A DNA stretch of 56,350 bases from Microcoleaceae cyanobacterium (GTDB lineage: Bacteria; Cyanobacteriota; Cyanobacteriia; Cyanobacteriales; Microcoleaceae). The translations under genes and the position numbers were made by a program. Below the pieces are notes generated by a model. It ran no database searches, was not told where the DNA came from, and saw nothing but the letters and a program-made list of their open reading frames with translations. Where the stretch lies: NCBI GenBank assembly GCA_051652765.1, contig JBOFUV010000152.1, forward strand, positions 1 to 56,350, written 5' to 3'. Positions within the stretch are counted from its first letter, which is position 1, and each line of letters starts with the position of its first letter. Below are positions 38,680 to 49,502 of the stretch, piece by piece.

Positions 38680-39561
38680 TTAGGCTGGAATTTGAGAGAG
38701 GATCTCGATATTCCCTAGGGTGAGATCAGAACAAGTCCGCTTCACCAGCCCTGTTAGAACCTTGCCGGGGCCAATTTCAATCACAGTCTCAATGCCCAGG
38801 GAGGGGAGATTCAAGCAGGTTTCCCGCCAGCGCACTGAACCGGTCATTTGTTGAACTAACCGTTGTTTGAGTGTGGCTGCATCGATTGTGGGTATGGGTT
38901 CAACGTTAGATAAGACCGGGAACTGAGCCTCAACAAAAGGTACGGATGCAAGGATTTGCTCAAATTCGGCGGCGGCGGTTGCCATCATGGGAGAGTGAAA
39001 TGCACCCGAGACATGGAGCTTAACGGCCCGTTTTGCCTTGACATTAGCCAGGATGGTCGCTACAGCCTCAGGGGTGCCAGAGATCACCACCTGAGTTGCA
39101 CTGTTGTCGTTGGCGAGCACGACATTTTCAGTTTGGGCTAGATGAGCCTCCAACTGTTCGCGATCAAACCCAATTAAAGCTGCCATCTGCCCTCCAGCGG
39201 CTTGATGCATCAGTTCGGCCCGCTGTTTTACCAGTTTTAGCCCGGTTTCAAAGTCAAACACCCCAGCAATGTGCAAGGCCACATATTCTCCCAAGCTATG
39301 ACCTGCAACTAGGTCAGGACTGTGACCTTGGTGTTTCATCACATCTGCCAATAGGCTTTCCACAACGTACAAACAAGGCTGAGTGTAGAGTGTTTGGGAG
39401 AGCTTCGTTTCATCCCCCCGACAGACTTCGAGGACTGACCAACCCAAAATTTCTTCGGCTTGGTCAAATTTGGATTTTGCTTCTGGCTGCTGAACTAAAT
39501 CTGCTCCCATCCCTACGGTCTGAGATCCTTGTCCAGGGAAAAGCCATGCTGTTTTTGTCAT
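38680..39561 (-). CDS. fabD: Malonyl-CoA:ACP transacylase
   Basis: FPGQGSQ, GHSLGE, SGAFHS, EIGPG. Confidence 0.97.
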   Translation of the reverse strand: MTKTAWLFPGQGSQTVGMGADLVQQPEAKSKFDQAEEILGWSVLEVCRGDETKLSQTLYTQPCLYVVESLLADVMKHQGHSPDLVAGHSLGEYVALHIAGVFDFETGLKLVKQRAELMHQAAGGQMAALIGFDREQLEAHLAQTENVVLANDNSATQVVISGTPEAVATILANVKAKRAVKLHVSGAFHSPMMATAAAEFEQILASVPFVEAQFPVLSNVEPIPTIDAATLKQRLVQQMTGSVRWRETCLNLPSLGIETVIEIGPGKVLTGLVKRTCSDLTLGNIEILSQIPA

Positions 39562-39693
39562 TAGTTTTAGTTAGGTTTAGTGACTCTCTATCGTTTGGTT
39601 ATGGGTTGTGATCGGCATGAAAATAGGATGAACCCTACTCCGCAGAAGCAAAGCTTCTATTCGGCAGAATCCACCCCGGCACATTACTCGTGG

Positions 39694-40683
39694 CTAACTC
39701 CACTGGAAGACAGTCGCTCCCCAGGATAGACCTGCCCCAAATCCAGCAGTCACCACCACATCTCCAGGTTTGACTCTGCCATCTCGTACCGCTTCATCTA
39801 GGGCGATGGGAATGGAGGCGGCAGAAGTGTTGCCATAGTTGGCTAAGTTGCTGATCACTTTCTCGGCAGGAATAGTCAACCGTTGGGCAACTGCATCCAT
39901 AATCCGCTGGTTGGCCTGGTGGAGAATTAACCAATCGACTTGATCTACGGTCATGTCAGCCCGGTAGAGGGCTTTTTCAATGACTTCTGGAACTTTAGTG
40001 ACTGCGAATCGATAGACTTCTTGGCCATTCATCGTGACGGGTTGATAGGTACCCTGGGTAATCGTGACACCCTCAACCAGGGTTTGAGGATGGGGCTGAT
40101 AGGCAAGATTGAGGCAACCGTTCTGAGTGCCATCCGTCCGCAGTTCAAATCCGAGAAAGCGATCGCGCTCTACCGCTTGCAAGACTACCGCTCCAGCCCC
40201 ATCTCCAAACAACACACAGGTTCTTCGATCTGACCAGTCTACCCAGCGGGACAGGATATCTGCACCGATCAGCAAAATATTTTGATAGACCCCAGTTCGA
40301 ATGAACTGAGCCGCAGTGACCAAACCAAAGACAAACCCAGAACAGGCCGCCGTTAGATCAAAGGCAACGGCATGGGTCGCTCCCAGTTGAGCCTGAATCT
40401 GACCTGCACTGCCAAATAAATCATCCGGCGTAGACGTTGCCAACAGAATTAAATCAATTTCTGCTGGGTGAATCTGAGCCATCGCGATCGCCTGCTGTGC
40501 CGCCTCTGTTGCGATTGAGCAGAGAGTTATTTCTGGACTGGCGAGTCTGCGGTAACGGATGCCTGTGCGAGAGGTAATCCATTCATCTGAAGTTTCAACC
40601 CGTTGAGAAAGTGCATCGTTGTCTAGAGAAATTGGAGGTGCTGCCGAGCCACTTCCAGTAATTGCAATGCCTGTGTTGACCAT
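39694..40683 (-). CDS. fabH: 3-oxoacyl-ACP synthase III
   Basis: AACSGF, FGDGAGA, HQAN, GNTSAAS, GFGAGLSWG. Start at ATG 40683, alternatively 40713. Confidence 0.97.
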   Translation of the reverse strand: MVNTGIAITGSGSAAPPISLDNDALSQRVETSDEWITSRTGIRYRRLASPEITLCSIATEAAQQAIAMAQIHPAEIDLILLATSTPDDLFGSAGQIQAQLGATHAVAFDLTAACSGFVFGLVTAAQFIRTGVYQNILLIGADILSRWVDWSDRRTCVLFGDGAGAVVLQAVERDRFLGFELRTDGTQNGCLNLAYQPHPQTLVEGVTITQGTYQPVTMNGQEVYRFAVTKVPEVIEKALYRADMTVDQVDWLILHQANQRIMDAVAQRLTIPAEKVISNLANYGNTSAASIPIALDEAVRDGRVKPGDVVVTAGFGAGLSWGATVFQWS

Positions 40684-40733
40684 GTACTTGTGTTCAGAAA
40701 AAGTTGGATTCAAACCAATCTTTGTGCTGTGAG

Positions 40734-41780
40734 TTAACCTGAGTTGCCCCCACTGACCGCCTGCTCAGGTAAGTCCTGATATTGAGTTTGAATTCGCTTT
40801 AAAACCTGGTTTTCAATGGCATCCTTGGCCAACCGAGTTGCATTGGCAATGGTTTGGGCCTTAGATGAACCATGACCAATCACACAAATTCCATCAACCC
40901 CAAGCAGCAAAGCACCCCCATGTTCAACATGATCGACTCGCTGCCGAAATCGCCGCAGCCCTGGCTTGAGTAGCAAGGTTGCCAACTTAGCCCGGAACCC
41001 ACGAGTCAGCTCTTCCTTCAACAGTTGCAACAAGGTTTCCCCCACACCCTCCGCAAATTTTAAAATCACGTTCCCGACGAAGCCATCACAGACAATCACA
41101 TCAAACTTTCCAGAGAGGACATCTCGCCCCTCCGCATTGCCCAAAAACTTAATTTGAGAGTTCTCTTGGAGCATCTGGTAAGTTCGGATCGCCAGATCAT
41201 TCCCCTTGCACTCTTCCTCTCCAATATTGAGCAGCCCCACTTTGGGTTCAGGAACTCCCAGAACATATTTACTGTAGACCGTTCCCATCACAGCAAACTG
41301 CTCTAGAAACTTGGGGCGACAATCCACATTTGCCCCAACATCCAAAACCAAAACAGGCGTAGTCAACGTCGGTAAAACGGCCCCGATTGCAGGGCGATCA
41401 ATCCCAGGAAGGCGACCGACTCGAAGCAACGCCGCCGCCATTGCTGCACCAGAATGACCCGCCGAAACGACCGCATCCGCTCGCTTTTCTTTGAGCAAAT
41501 TCATGGAAACGTTAATTGAAGCATTGGGCTTCCGTTTCAAAGCTCCCAACGGTTCTTCATGCATCTCAATTATTCCTTCGGCAGGAACAATTTCAGGGAA
41601 GGGGGAGCTTGCTGAAGCATGATGATGTTTGAAGCAAAACTCAATTTGCTGTGGATCACCGACCAGGAGAATCTCTACTCCCAGACTTTCCTGTGCGATC
41701 AGTGCTCCAGAAACCACCTCAGCAGGGGCATAATCCCCTCCCATAGCGTCAATTGCAATTCTTGCGCGAGTTGAACTCAT
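40734..41780 (-). CDS. plsX: Phosphate acyltransferase
   Basis: IAIDAMGGD, SAGHSGA, LDVGAN, LLNIGEE..KGN, CDGFVGN, HGSS. Confidence 0.97.
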   Translation of the reverse strand: MSSTRARIAIDAMGGDYAPAEVVSGALIAQESLGVEILLVGDPQQIEFCFKHHHASASSPFPEIVPAEGIIEMHEEPLGALKRKPNASINVSMNLLKEKRADAVVSAGHSGAAMAAALLRVGRLPGIDRPAIGAVLPTLTTPVLVLDVGANVDCRPKFLEQFAVMGTVYSKYVLGVPEPKVGLLNIGEEECKGNDLAIRTYQMLQENSQIKFLGNAEGRDVLSGKFDVIVCDGFVGNVILKFAEGVGETLLQLLKEELTRGFRAKLATLLLKPGLRRFRQRVDHVEHGGALLLGVDGICVIGHGSSKAQTIANATRLAKDAIENQVLKRIQTQYQDLPEQAVSGGNSG

Positions 41781-42521
41781 TGACCAAAGCTTAGAGAAAC
41801 CTTAAAGATTTTACCATCAGAGCAGTCATATTTGTTCTGAGGTTTTCTGTAAAGCCTGAGAACGATCCCCTAAATCCCCCTTGAAAAGCTCATTACGCAC
41901 AAGTTGGCAGACCCCTGGCCAGACAGATCTACGCTTTCTAGTTTCGCTCCTTCAATCAGCTTCTTTCACTGGAGCGATCACAAATTAATCATCAATGTAA
42001 TCATCGGAAAACTCTAAAGGGGTTTGGGGACTTCGTCCCTCAGGAGGAGCGTTGCCCCTCTACCCACTTCCTACAAACCATTTAACGCTGCTATATGCCT
42101 CTTTCAACAAGATTGTGCAGGGTGTTAAGACCTCGCCAGAGATACAGTATCTATTTTTCATATTTCTGCGGAATAGAGAGTTAAAAAGAGAGACTACTTA
42201 TAACCCTTGATTTTATTTGAGAACTGTGCATAACTCCATTGAATTAATCCTAATAGTTAACTAGAAGCCAGACCGAGATATGCAGTTGAGAATCTGTTAA
42301 ATTGCATAACTTACAACCTTCACTCTATGAATAGAATGAACGGATGAAATAACTGGAAATTCATCAGAAAAAGCTTGAGATAAGCGAAGAAACTACTGCA
42401 ATTTCAGCAAAATGAATGCTTTAGCTATTATTCGACCTATATGCAACTAGTTTTTCTGATCGTCAATACAGGATGTATCTATCAATACCGCAACAAACCG
42501 ATTGAACTTACGAGGTGAATT

Positions 42522-44213
42522 ATGGCGCTATTTAATGGTTCTAATCTCAATGATGTAATTGCTCCTAATGCAATTCCTGGAAACGTAATTACAGGGGATA
42601 GTATATTTCCATCCAATGTACCCATTCCTGAGGTTGCTTTTGTAGGAAACGACCAAATTTTTGGACAAGATGGAGATGATTTTCTCGATGGCGATGACGG
42701 GAATGATCTGCTCAGTGGCGGCAATGGTCAAGATTTTCTTACGGGTAATGTGGGCAACGATACTCTAGATGGAGGCTCTAGTCCGGTTGGTTTTGTCAAT
42801 GACATTTTTGGTGACGACGGCTTTGACTATGTTACCTATGCCAATGAGTTCGGATTCATCTTTGTTAACTTAGATGCAAACGTTGGCTCAGCCGCAAACC
42901 GCAATGACAATATTTTTGAGGTTGAAGGTGTCATTGGGGCTAACTTTAGCCAGAACACGTTGATTGGTGATGAGAACAACAACGTTTTGATTGGAGGTAG
43001 CCAAGATGACTTTCTCTCGGGCCAAGTAGGAGATGATTCCCTCCAAGGACAAGCCGGGAACGACAACTTAGTCGGGGACGGGGGTCGAGATCTGCTCCAA
43101 GGGGGTGAAGGCAATGATCTCTACACCGTCAACAACCTGGCCTTTGCCGGTGGCACTCGGATCGAAGATACAGCCGGAACGAGCGATCGCCTCGTACTTG
43201 ACCCTGCGTTAGTGGTGGTTGCCAATGCTCCCAACACGACTAATGTCGGTATGGTTCGCAATGGTGCAGATCTGGTATTGGATATTGACCGGAATGGACT
43301 TGCTGACCCGGCCAGTGATCTGAGAATTGTCAACTTCTTTAGTGGTGTCACGGGAAATACCGCTGGCGTAGGCTATATCGAAGACGTTGGCGGTCTGTCG
43401 GGAAATACAATTCTGACTTCCACCATCGTACAACCGATTCCAACGGTGAACTTTGTCACTCCAGCGGCCAATAATACGGTTCCAGGTGAAGCAGTTCCAG
43501 GAGTGATTCCCTTTAGCCCTGTGGATTTGGCAAATGGTGAGAAGGTATATCTCCTGTCCAATGAACCTGATGCAACTGCACTCCCCACAGGACAAACCGA
43601 TCGGCAAATTCTGGGCCTGTCTGGCAACGATAATCTGACCGGAACCTCCAGCGCAGATAATGTTGGGGGCAACAAAGGAGCAGATACCATCGGTGGCGCA
43701 GATGGCAACGATACAGTTCGAGGCGGTCAAGGGTCAGATGTCCTCAACGGCGGCAACGGTAACGATTTGCTGAATGGCAACCAGGATAACGATACGATCA
43801 ATGGAGGTGACGGAGATGACATTATTCGGGGCGGCAGAGGCGATGATGTCCTGAATGGAAATGAAGACGAAGATGTGTTGATCGGGGATCTGGGGCGAGA
43901 TTTACTCACAGGGGGTGGAGATGAAGACATCTTTGTCCTGATTAGTGACCCAGCAACAGCCAATACCCTAGAACAAACCGATGTGATGACTGACTTTGTG
44001 GTTGGTACAGACAAGATCATGTTGACCGGCGGGCTAACCTTTAGTCAGATCACCCTGTCCCAAGTGGCATTGCAAGTTGACGGTGGAGCGGCTGTGATGT
44101 CTACAGTGATTCAAGCTTCTGGCAATGCTTACCTAGGAATTATTCAAGGGGTATCCAACCTGACTGCCACTGACTTTATCCCAGAGAACACCAACATCAC
44201 AGGCTTAGGCTAG
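42522..44213 (+). CDS. RTX / hemolysin-type Ca-binding secreted protein
   Basis: Three blocks of GGxGxDxL repeats and a C-terminal D..TDF..GTDKI.L signature. GAGGTG RBS. No Sec signal. Confidence 0.88.
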   Translation: MALFNGSNLNDVIAPNAIPGNVITGDSIFPSNVPIPEVAFVGNDQIFGQDGDDFLDGDDGNDLLSGGNGQDFLTGNVGNDTLDGGSSPVGFVNDIFGDDGFDYVTYANEFGFIFVNLDANVGSAANRNDNIFEVEGVIGANFSQNTLIGDENNNVLIGGSQDDFLSGQVGDDSLQGQAGNDNLVGDGGRDLLQGGEGNDLYTVNNLAFAGGTRIEDTAGTSDRLVLDPALVVVANAPNTTNVGMVRNGADLVLDIDRNGLADPASDLRIVNFFSGVTGNTAGVGYIEDVGGLSGNTILTSTIVQPIPTVNFVTPAANNTVPGEAVPGVIPFSPVDLANGEKVYLLSNEPDATALPTGQTDRQILGLSGNDNLTGTSSADNVGGNKGADTIGGADGNDTVRGGQGSDVLNGGNGNDLLNGNQDNDTINGGDGDDIIRGGRGDDVLNGNEDEDVLIGDLGRDLLTGGGDEDIFVLISDPATANTLEQTDVMTDFVVGTDKIMLTGGLTFSQITLSQVALQVDGGAAVMSTVIQASGNAYLGIIQGVSNLTATDFIPENTNITGLG

Positions 44214-44319
44214 GGTGTTGGGTGAACTGTAGTCTAGTTAAACAGCGTCCGAGTTAAAGCGGTTAAGTCAAGCGTTTGAGTTAAAACGTTCAAGCTAAAC
44301 GGATCAGCTTCCTAAACAT

Positions 44320-44350
44320 AATCCCTTTCCTCAGAGGAAAGGGATTTTTT
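44320..44350. terminator. Terminator between convergent genes
   Basis: AATCCCTTTCCTC-A-GAGGAAAGGGATT followed by TTTT. Confidence 0.8.
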
Positions 44351-44352
44351 AA

Positions 44353-45600
44353 CTATTCAGGGAACATAAGTCTTGAATTCTGTAGTTTCTGTACTCCAGC
44401 TAAGGGTTCGGATCGGTCAGGCCCATGCTGTTGCCAATACTGGTAGGCTGAATAGGCTAAGGTGACAACCCCAGTCAAAATTGCAGATTCATCGACTTCA
44501 AACTTGGGATGGTGCAGAGGATAGTTGGGTTTATTCTTGCCCCCAACCCCCAAGCGAAACATCATTCCGGGTGCATGATTCAAGTAGACCGAGAAATCCT
44601 CAGCCCCCAGGGAAGGCTCAGAAATCAAACAAACACTGTCTTTGCCCCAAGCTGCTTGAACAGATTCAGTCACCAACTGGGTTAACCCTGGATCATTTTG
44701 AACGGAAGGCACTCCCCGTCGGTAATTCATTTCATAGCGGGCTCCATACATCTGACAAATGCCAGCAACGATTTGCTCAATCCAAGCGGGCAAGGTTTCA
44801 TGGGTTTCAGGATGGAGCGATCGCACGGTTCCCGTTAGTCGCACTTGATCGGCAATAATATTTGGAGCGCGGCCTCCGGAAATTTGGCCAATGGTCAGAA
44901 CGACGGGTCTTAAGGGATTATGGGTGCGACTGATCGCCTGTTGTAGGGTCGTAATCACTTGGGCTGCAATCCAAATCGCATCTTTAGCTTCGTGGGGTCT
45001 AGCACCATGGCCCGATTCTCCTAGAATCACCAACTCCAGATCATCTGCCGCCGCCGTCAGTGCGCCTTGGCGGATGCCCACACATCCAGCAGGAATAGTC
45101 GGGAAAACATGCAAACTTAAAATTCCGGCAACATCCAACATGACATTATCCTGCACCATCCAACGGGCACCCTGGGCCAATTCTTCAGCAGGTTGAAACA
45201 GAAAACGCACAGAACCCGAAAAGCGTTCGATCAGCCGAGACAAAACCATCGCTGTGCCCAGCCCAACGGTTGTATGAACATCATGTCCACAGGCGTGCAT
45301 TACTCCAGGCTGTCGCGAGGCATAGTCCAATCCTGTAAGTTCGTGAATGGGGAGGGCATCCATGTCTGTCCGAATGGCCAGCCACGTAGAATTGTTCTCT
45401 AAACCCTGCAGTTCTCCAACGACCCCTGTTTGGCCGACCGCTTCTCTCACCTGCAGGCCGCAGGATGACAATACCCCAGCCACATAAGCCGCCGTCTGAT
45501 GTTCTTGACCGCTCAGTTCAGGGTGGGAATGAAGATGACGGCGAATTTCGATCAGTCGAGGTGTGAGGGAGACCGCTAAGGCTTTAATTTCATCCAGCAT
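44353..45600 (-). CDS. M20-family amidohydrolase (N-acyl-L-amino acid amidohydrolase-like)
   Basis: RRHLHSHPELS, RTDMDALP, MHACGHD, FQPAEE, GAEDFS, LHHPKF. Confidence 0.93.
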   Translation of the reverse strand: MLDEIKALAVSLTPRLIEIRRHLHSHPELSGQEHQTAAYVAGVLSSCGLQVREAVGQTGVVGELQGLENNSTWLAIRTDMDALPIHELTGLDYASRQPGVMHACGHDVHTTVGLGTAMVLSRLIERFSGSVRFLFQPAEELAQGARWMVQDNVMLDVAGILSLHVFPTIPAGCVGIRQGALTAAADDLELVILGESGHGARPHEAKDAIWIAAQVITTLQQAISRTHNPLRPVVLTIGQISGGRAPNIIADQVRLTGTVRSLHPETHETLPAWIEQIVAGICQMYGARYEMNYRRGVPSVQNDPGLTQLVTESVQAAWGKDSVCLISEPSLGAEDFSVYLNHAPGMMFRLGVGGKNKPNYPLHHPKFEVDESAILTGVVTLAYSAYQYWQQHGPDRSEPLAGVQKLQNSRLMFPE

Positions 45601-45681
45601 CAGTGAAGGAAGCTTAAGAAACGCAACAGATGTTAATCTAACGCAGATTCCAGTTGAGTTTTCACAGGTCTGGTCTTGTTC

Positions 45682-46635
45682 CTATTTTTCGTGTCGTTCA
45701 TAGGCAGCAACAATTCTTTGCACTAAAGGATTTCTCACCACATCAGCAGAGGTTAATTCACAGACGGCAATCCCTTCTACTGGACGGAGAATACTCAGTG
45801 CCACTCCTAACCCGGAAGGTTGATGGGTGGGTAAATCACTTTGGGTTGTGTCTCCAGTCACAACCATACGAGAATAGAGTCCCAATCGAGTCAGCACCAA
45901 CTTCATTTGGGCCGGGGTGGTATTCTGCGCCTCGTCTAGAATCACAAAGGCATTATTTAAGGTACGACCCCGCATATAAGCAATTGGCGCAACTTCAATT
46001 ACGCCCCGTTCCATTAAGTTGGCTACCTTCTCTGGATCAATCAACTCATAGAGAGCGTCGTAAAGCGGGCGGAGGTAAGGGTTGACTTTCTGTTGCAAAT
46101 CTCCCGGTAAAAAGCCTAACTTTTCTCCAGCTTCCACGGCAGGACGGGTAAGAATTAACCGTTCATACTGATTGTCAAGCAAAGCCTGAACCGCAATTAA
46201 GGCCGCTAGATAGGTTTTCCCGGTTCCCGCAGGGCCAGTACAAAACACCAAATCATGGGCGCGAATGGCTTGAATATACTGGCGCTGGCGAAAGGTCTTG
46301 GCCCGGATGTCTTGGCCCCGGCGAGTGGTTGCGACCACATCCTGCCGTAGATCCTTAAGAGCATCCTGTTGATCAGTATTGATCGCATGGCGCGCCGTCA
46401 GGATATCAACCCCGGAGATGACTTCCCCACTTTTCCAGAACATTTGCAGGGACTGAACCAACTGCCGACAGATCTCAATTTGCTGAGCCGTGCCACTGAC
46501 TGAGAGTTCCTGACCCCTTAAAACAACCTGAGCCCCGGTTTGCTGAGACAGGAGCTTCAGGTTGTCCTCTTGGTAACCAGAAAGGGCGATCGCAATCTCA
46601 TGACTTGGCAATTCGATAGTTAATCGCTCAGTCAT
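45682..46635 (-). CDS. phoH: PhoH-family ATPase
   Basis: GPAGTGKT, RPAVEAGEKLGFLPGD, YMRGRT, LDEAQN, TGD..QSDL. Confidence 0.95.
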   Translation of the reverse strand: MTERLTIELPSHEIAIALSGYQEDNLKLLSQQTGAQVVLRGQELSVSGTAQQIEICRQLVQSLQMFWKSGEVISGVDILTARHAINTDQQDALKDLRQDVVATTRRGQDIRAKTFRQRQYIQAIRAHDLVFCTGPAGTGKTYLAALIAVQALLDNQYERLILTRPAVEAGEKLGFLPGDLQQKVNPYLRPLYDALYELIDPEKVANLMERGVIEVAPIAYMRGRTLNNAFVILDEAQNTTPAQMKLVLTRLGLYSRMVVTGDTTQSDLPTHQPSGLGVALSILRPVEGIAVCELTSADVVRNPLVQRIVAAYERHEK

Positions 46636-46715
46636 AGAGCATTGAAGTTGCCTCTAGCTCTCGACAATTTCCTGAAAATTTCCTGAACAAGATTTCTCTT
46701 AACAATTGCATCTGC

Positions 46716-47144
46716 TTACTCAGACCCGTCCCGATTGATGAACCGGCCTGAAGGTGAGGAACTGTTGACTTGGGAGGAACGACGGCTAGGCACTGAGCGA
46801 GTAGAGGACAGAGTATCAGGCTGCTCGTCACCATTCCGTTCCTCATAAATGTCTAAGTAGACAGATTCTCCAGCAAGCTCGGCGATCGCGCTGAGTACCA
46901 ATCGGATGGCTTGAATATTCCGTCCACCCCGACCATAAACGCGACCCTTATCTTCTGCCTCAAACGCTAACCTTACCCAGGTTTTTTTGGAGGTGGCGGC
47001 TAGCTCACAATCTACTCGCAAAGAATCTAGAGACTCTAAGAACGGTTCAATCAAAAACCGAATTAGCTTGGCGTAATCAGGACTGGCTAACGAGTTCTGG
47101 TGCACTTTCCGAGAGTGTTCCGGACTTAATTTGTTCAAAGACAT
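46716..47144 (-). CDS. khpA: KH-domain RNA-binding protein
   Basis: [17 protein letters not shown] (GxxG loop), between rpsP and phoH. Start ATG 47144 is inferred. Confidence 0.85.
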   Translation of the reverse strand: MSLNKLSPEHSRKVHQNSLASPDYAKLIRFLIEPFLESLDSLRVDCELAATSKKTWVRLAFEAEDKGRVYGRGGRNIQAIRLVLSAIAELAGESVYLDIYEERNGDEQPDTLSSTRSVPSRRSSQVNSSSPSGRFINRDGSE

Positions 47145-47367
47145 TGGCTTTCTGTAGGATGCTACGCACAGTCCGAGTTGGTTGCGCCCCTTGTTGCAAA
47201 CGCCGAACAATTGCTGGGACATCTAACCGCGTTTCATCGGTTCTGGGGTTGTAAAAGCCCAGTTCTTCTAGAGGACGACCTTCTGGGCGAGTCAGACTGC
47301 TCATCGCTACAATTCGATAGCTGGCCTCTCGTTTCTTGCCGTATCGCTTTAATCGGAGTTTGATCAT
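47077..47367 (-). CDS. rpsP: 30S ribosomal protein S16
   Basis: [37 protein letters not shown]. Confidence 0.98.
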   Translation of the reverse strand: MIKLRLKRYGKKREASYRIVAMSSLTRPEGRPLEELGFYNPRTDETRLDVPAIVRRLQQGAQPTRTVRSILQKANVFEQIKSGTLSESAPELVSQS

Positions 47368-47506
47368 CAGGATTCAAAACACTACATCGATCAATTGTAA
47401 GTCATTTCTTGGCGGAGTGTACTTCAATTATAGTTATAGTAATTTAAAATACTGTATTCCGATAAACTAACTGTAGTTTAATCGCGGGTTAGACTGGGAG
47501 GAAAGC

Positions 47507-47908
47507 ATGAGCTTGAACATGACTGTGTTGAAAAAGACATCAGAACGAGCCCGTGATCATCTGGCCAATGAGCGTACCTACCTGGCTTGGATGCGAACTG
47601 CGATCGCCTTGACAGGATTTGGGGTACTCATTGCCCGACTGCGCTATTTGGTTTCGCCCGAGACTCCCGGCACAGGCAATGGCTGGGCGCTGGGCTTGCT
47701 ATTTGCGTTAACGGGTTTATTGACGGTGTTGTTCTCAACCTGGCATTACTTCTCAGTCCTTCGTGCCATTGAGAAAAATGCTTACAAGCCTGCGGAGCGT
47801 TGGGTCATTCTCTTCAGCCTAACGGTTGTCTTATTGGGAGTGGGTGTGCTCTATGTGCTCTTAACAATGCCAGAAAGTGCAAAACCTTCAGTATTAAATG
47901 CGTATTAA
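47507..47908 (+). CDS. YidH/DUF202 membrane protein
   Basis: RDHLANERTYLAWMRT followed by three TM segments. GGAGG RBS. Confidence 0.9.
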   Translation: MSLNMTVLKKTSERARDHLANERTYLAWMRTAIALTGFGVLIARLRYLVSPETPGTGNGWALGLLFALTGLLTVLFSTWHYFSVLRAIEKNAYKPAERWVILFSLTVVLLGVGVLYVLLTMPESAKPSVLNAY

Positions 47909-48026
47909 ATGCGTGTTAAATGCATAGGGTCAGAATGCATAGGGTCAGAATCATGGCCCTGCATCGAACCTGCTCAATGTGCTACAACGTTCAGGGTATG
48001 TTCAGAATGATGTCTCGGTCGAACCC

Positions 48027-49502
48027 ATGACAGCAACCTCTAGCACCTCTGGTTTAATGGTTCCTGGCCCTCCTCCATCGCTGTTTGGGCGCTTTACCCA
48101 TGTTTTCCGATTTGGGAGAGATTCCATTGGCTACACTCGCCAGCTTTTTGACACCTACGGGCCAATTGTTTCTCTGACCACAGGGGGGAAAACTAATATT
48201 TATTCTCCCTTGCCCCAATGTCCAGGGACAGTGTTTGCTTGTGGGCCAGAATTTGTGCAAGCGGTCACCACTCAGCATGAGATTTATTACAAATACCCTC
48301 TATCCGGCCCCCTCTATCGGTTGCAAAATACTTCCCCCCGAACTAAGCCCCTAGGGCACTTTGGGGTGGGGCTATTTGGTCTCAACAGCACCTCTCACCT
48401 CCAAAGTCGTAGGTTAATGATGCCTGCGTTTCACAAACAACGGTTGGAGAGCTACCTGCAGGATATGGTTGCCATCACTGCCTCAGAGCTTGACCAGATC
48501 AAGGTTGAACAATCCTGTGAAGTCACTCAACTGATGCAGCGGCTGACGTTACGCATTGCGACGAAGACCTTGTTTGGCGAGGATATGAGTGCCAGCAATA
48601 AGGGAACAGGCCAAATTATGCAAGAAGCCTTTAGGATGCAGGGGGCAGTCAGCACTAATCTATTTCCCCTTGATTTGCCGGGATTCGCCTTCCATCGTTA
48701 CCTCAACCGAATTGCTGAATTTGAAAGCAAAATGCGGGACATGATTGCGGAAAAGCGGCGGCAAGAGAGGGATGATCCAGATATTCTGTCCATGCTGATT
48801 CGGGCTCAATATGAAGACAGTGGCCTAGGACTGACTGAGGATGAACTGATTGGTCATGTTGGGGTGATGTTTGCTGCCGGTCATGAAACCAGTGCCAATG
48901 CCTTGACCTGGACAGTGTTCCTGCTCTCACAACACCCCCAAGTTGCGGCTGATTTGCTGGATGAACTGGAAGGGACTCTACAGGGGGCTGCCCCTACTGT
49001 TGAGCAGTTGCAACACTTACCGTTTTTAGAGCAGGTGATCAAAGAAAGTCTGCGGGTTTTGTCCCCTGTACCTTGGAATGGTCGAGTTACAGCCCAGCCC
49101 ACGGAACTGGGGGGATACTTTTTGCCTCAAGGTACGGAAGTGTTCATCAGTATTTATCACACCCATCATTCACCCGAACTCTATGCAGACCCTGAGGCAT
49201 TCAATCCCTACCGTTGGGAACGGATCAATCCAACCAGTTATGAATACAATCCGTTCAGTGCAGGGCCACGGGTATGTATCGGCGCGGCCTTTGCCATGAT
49301 GGAAATCAAAGTGGTTCTAGCGATGCTGTTGCAGCGCTATCGGTTGCAATATATTGCTCCTCATCGGGTGGATCGGGATGGGGCGATCGTGATGAGACCC
49401 AAGTATGGGATGCCAATGGAAGTTTACCGTCAAGATCGCCAGTTCACTCAAGGGGTGGGAGGGGTATGTGGCAATGTCAGAGAAATGGTCAACCTCCCAT
49501 AA
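48027..49502 (+). CDS. Cytochrome P450
   Basis: I-helix AAGHETS, ExxR (ESLR), FNPYRW, heme motif FSAGPRVCIG. Start ATG 48027, alternatively GTG 47979. Confidence 0.95.
   Translation: MTATSSTSGLMVPGPPPSLFGRFTHVFRFGRDSIGYTRQLFDTYGPIVSLTTGGKTNIYSPLPQCPGTVFACGPEFVQAVTTQHEIYYKYPLSGPLYRLQNTSPRTKPLGHFGVGLFGLNSTSHLQSRRLMMPAFHKQRLESYLQDMVAITASELDQIKVEQSCEVTQLMQRLTLRIATKTLFGEDMSASNKGTGQIMQEAFRMQGAVSTNLFPLDLPGFAFHRYLNRIAEFESKMRDMIAEKRRQERDDPDILSMLIRAQYEDSGLGLTEDELIGHVGVMFAAGHETSANALTWTVFLLSQHPQVAADLLDELEGTLQGAAPTVEQLQHLPFLEQVIKESLRVLSPVPWNGRVTAQPTELGGYFLPQGTEVFISIYHTHHSPELYADPEAFNPYRWERINPTSYEYNPFSAGPRVCIGAAFAMMEIKVVLAMLLQRYRLQYIAPHRVDRDGAIVMRPKYGMPMEVYRQDRQFTQGVGGVCGNVREMVNLP

Noticed and set aside
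46628..46846. 72-aa minus-strand ORF between khpA and phoH
   Set aside because: Alternative frame overlapping khpA with no recognisable features.
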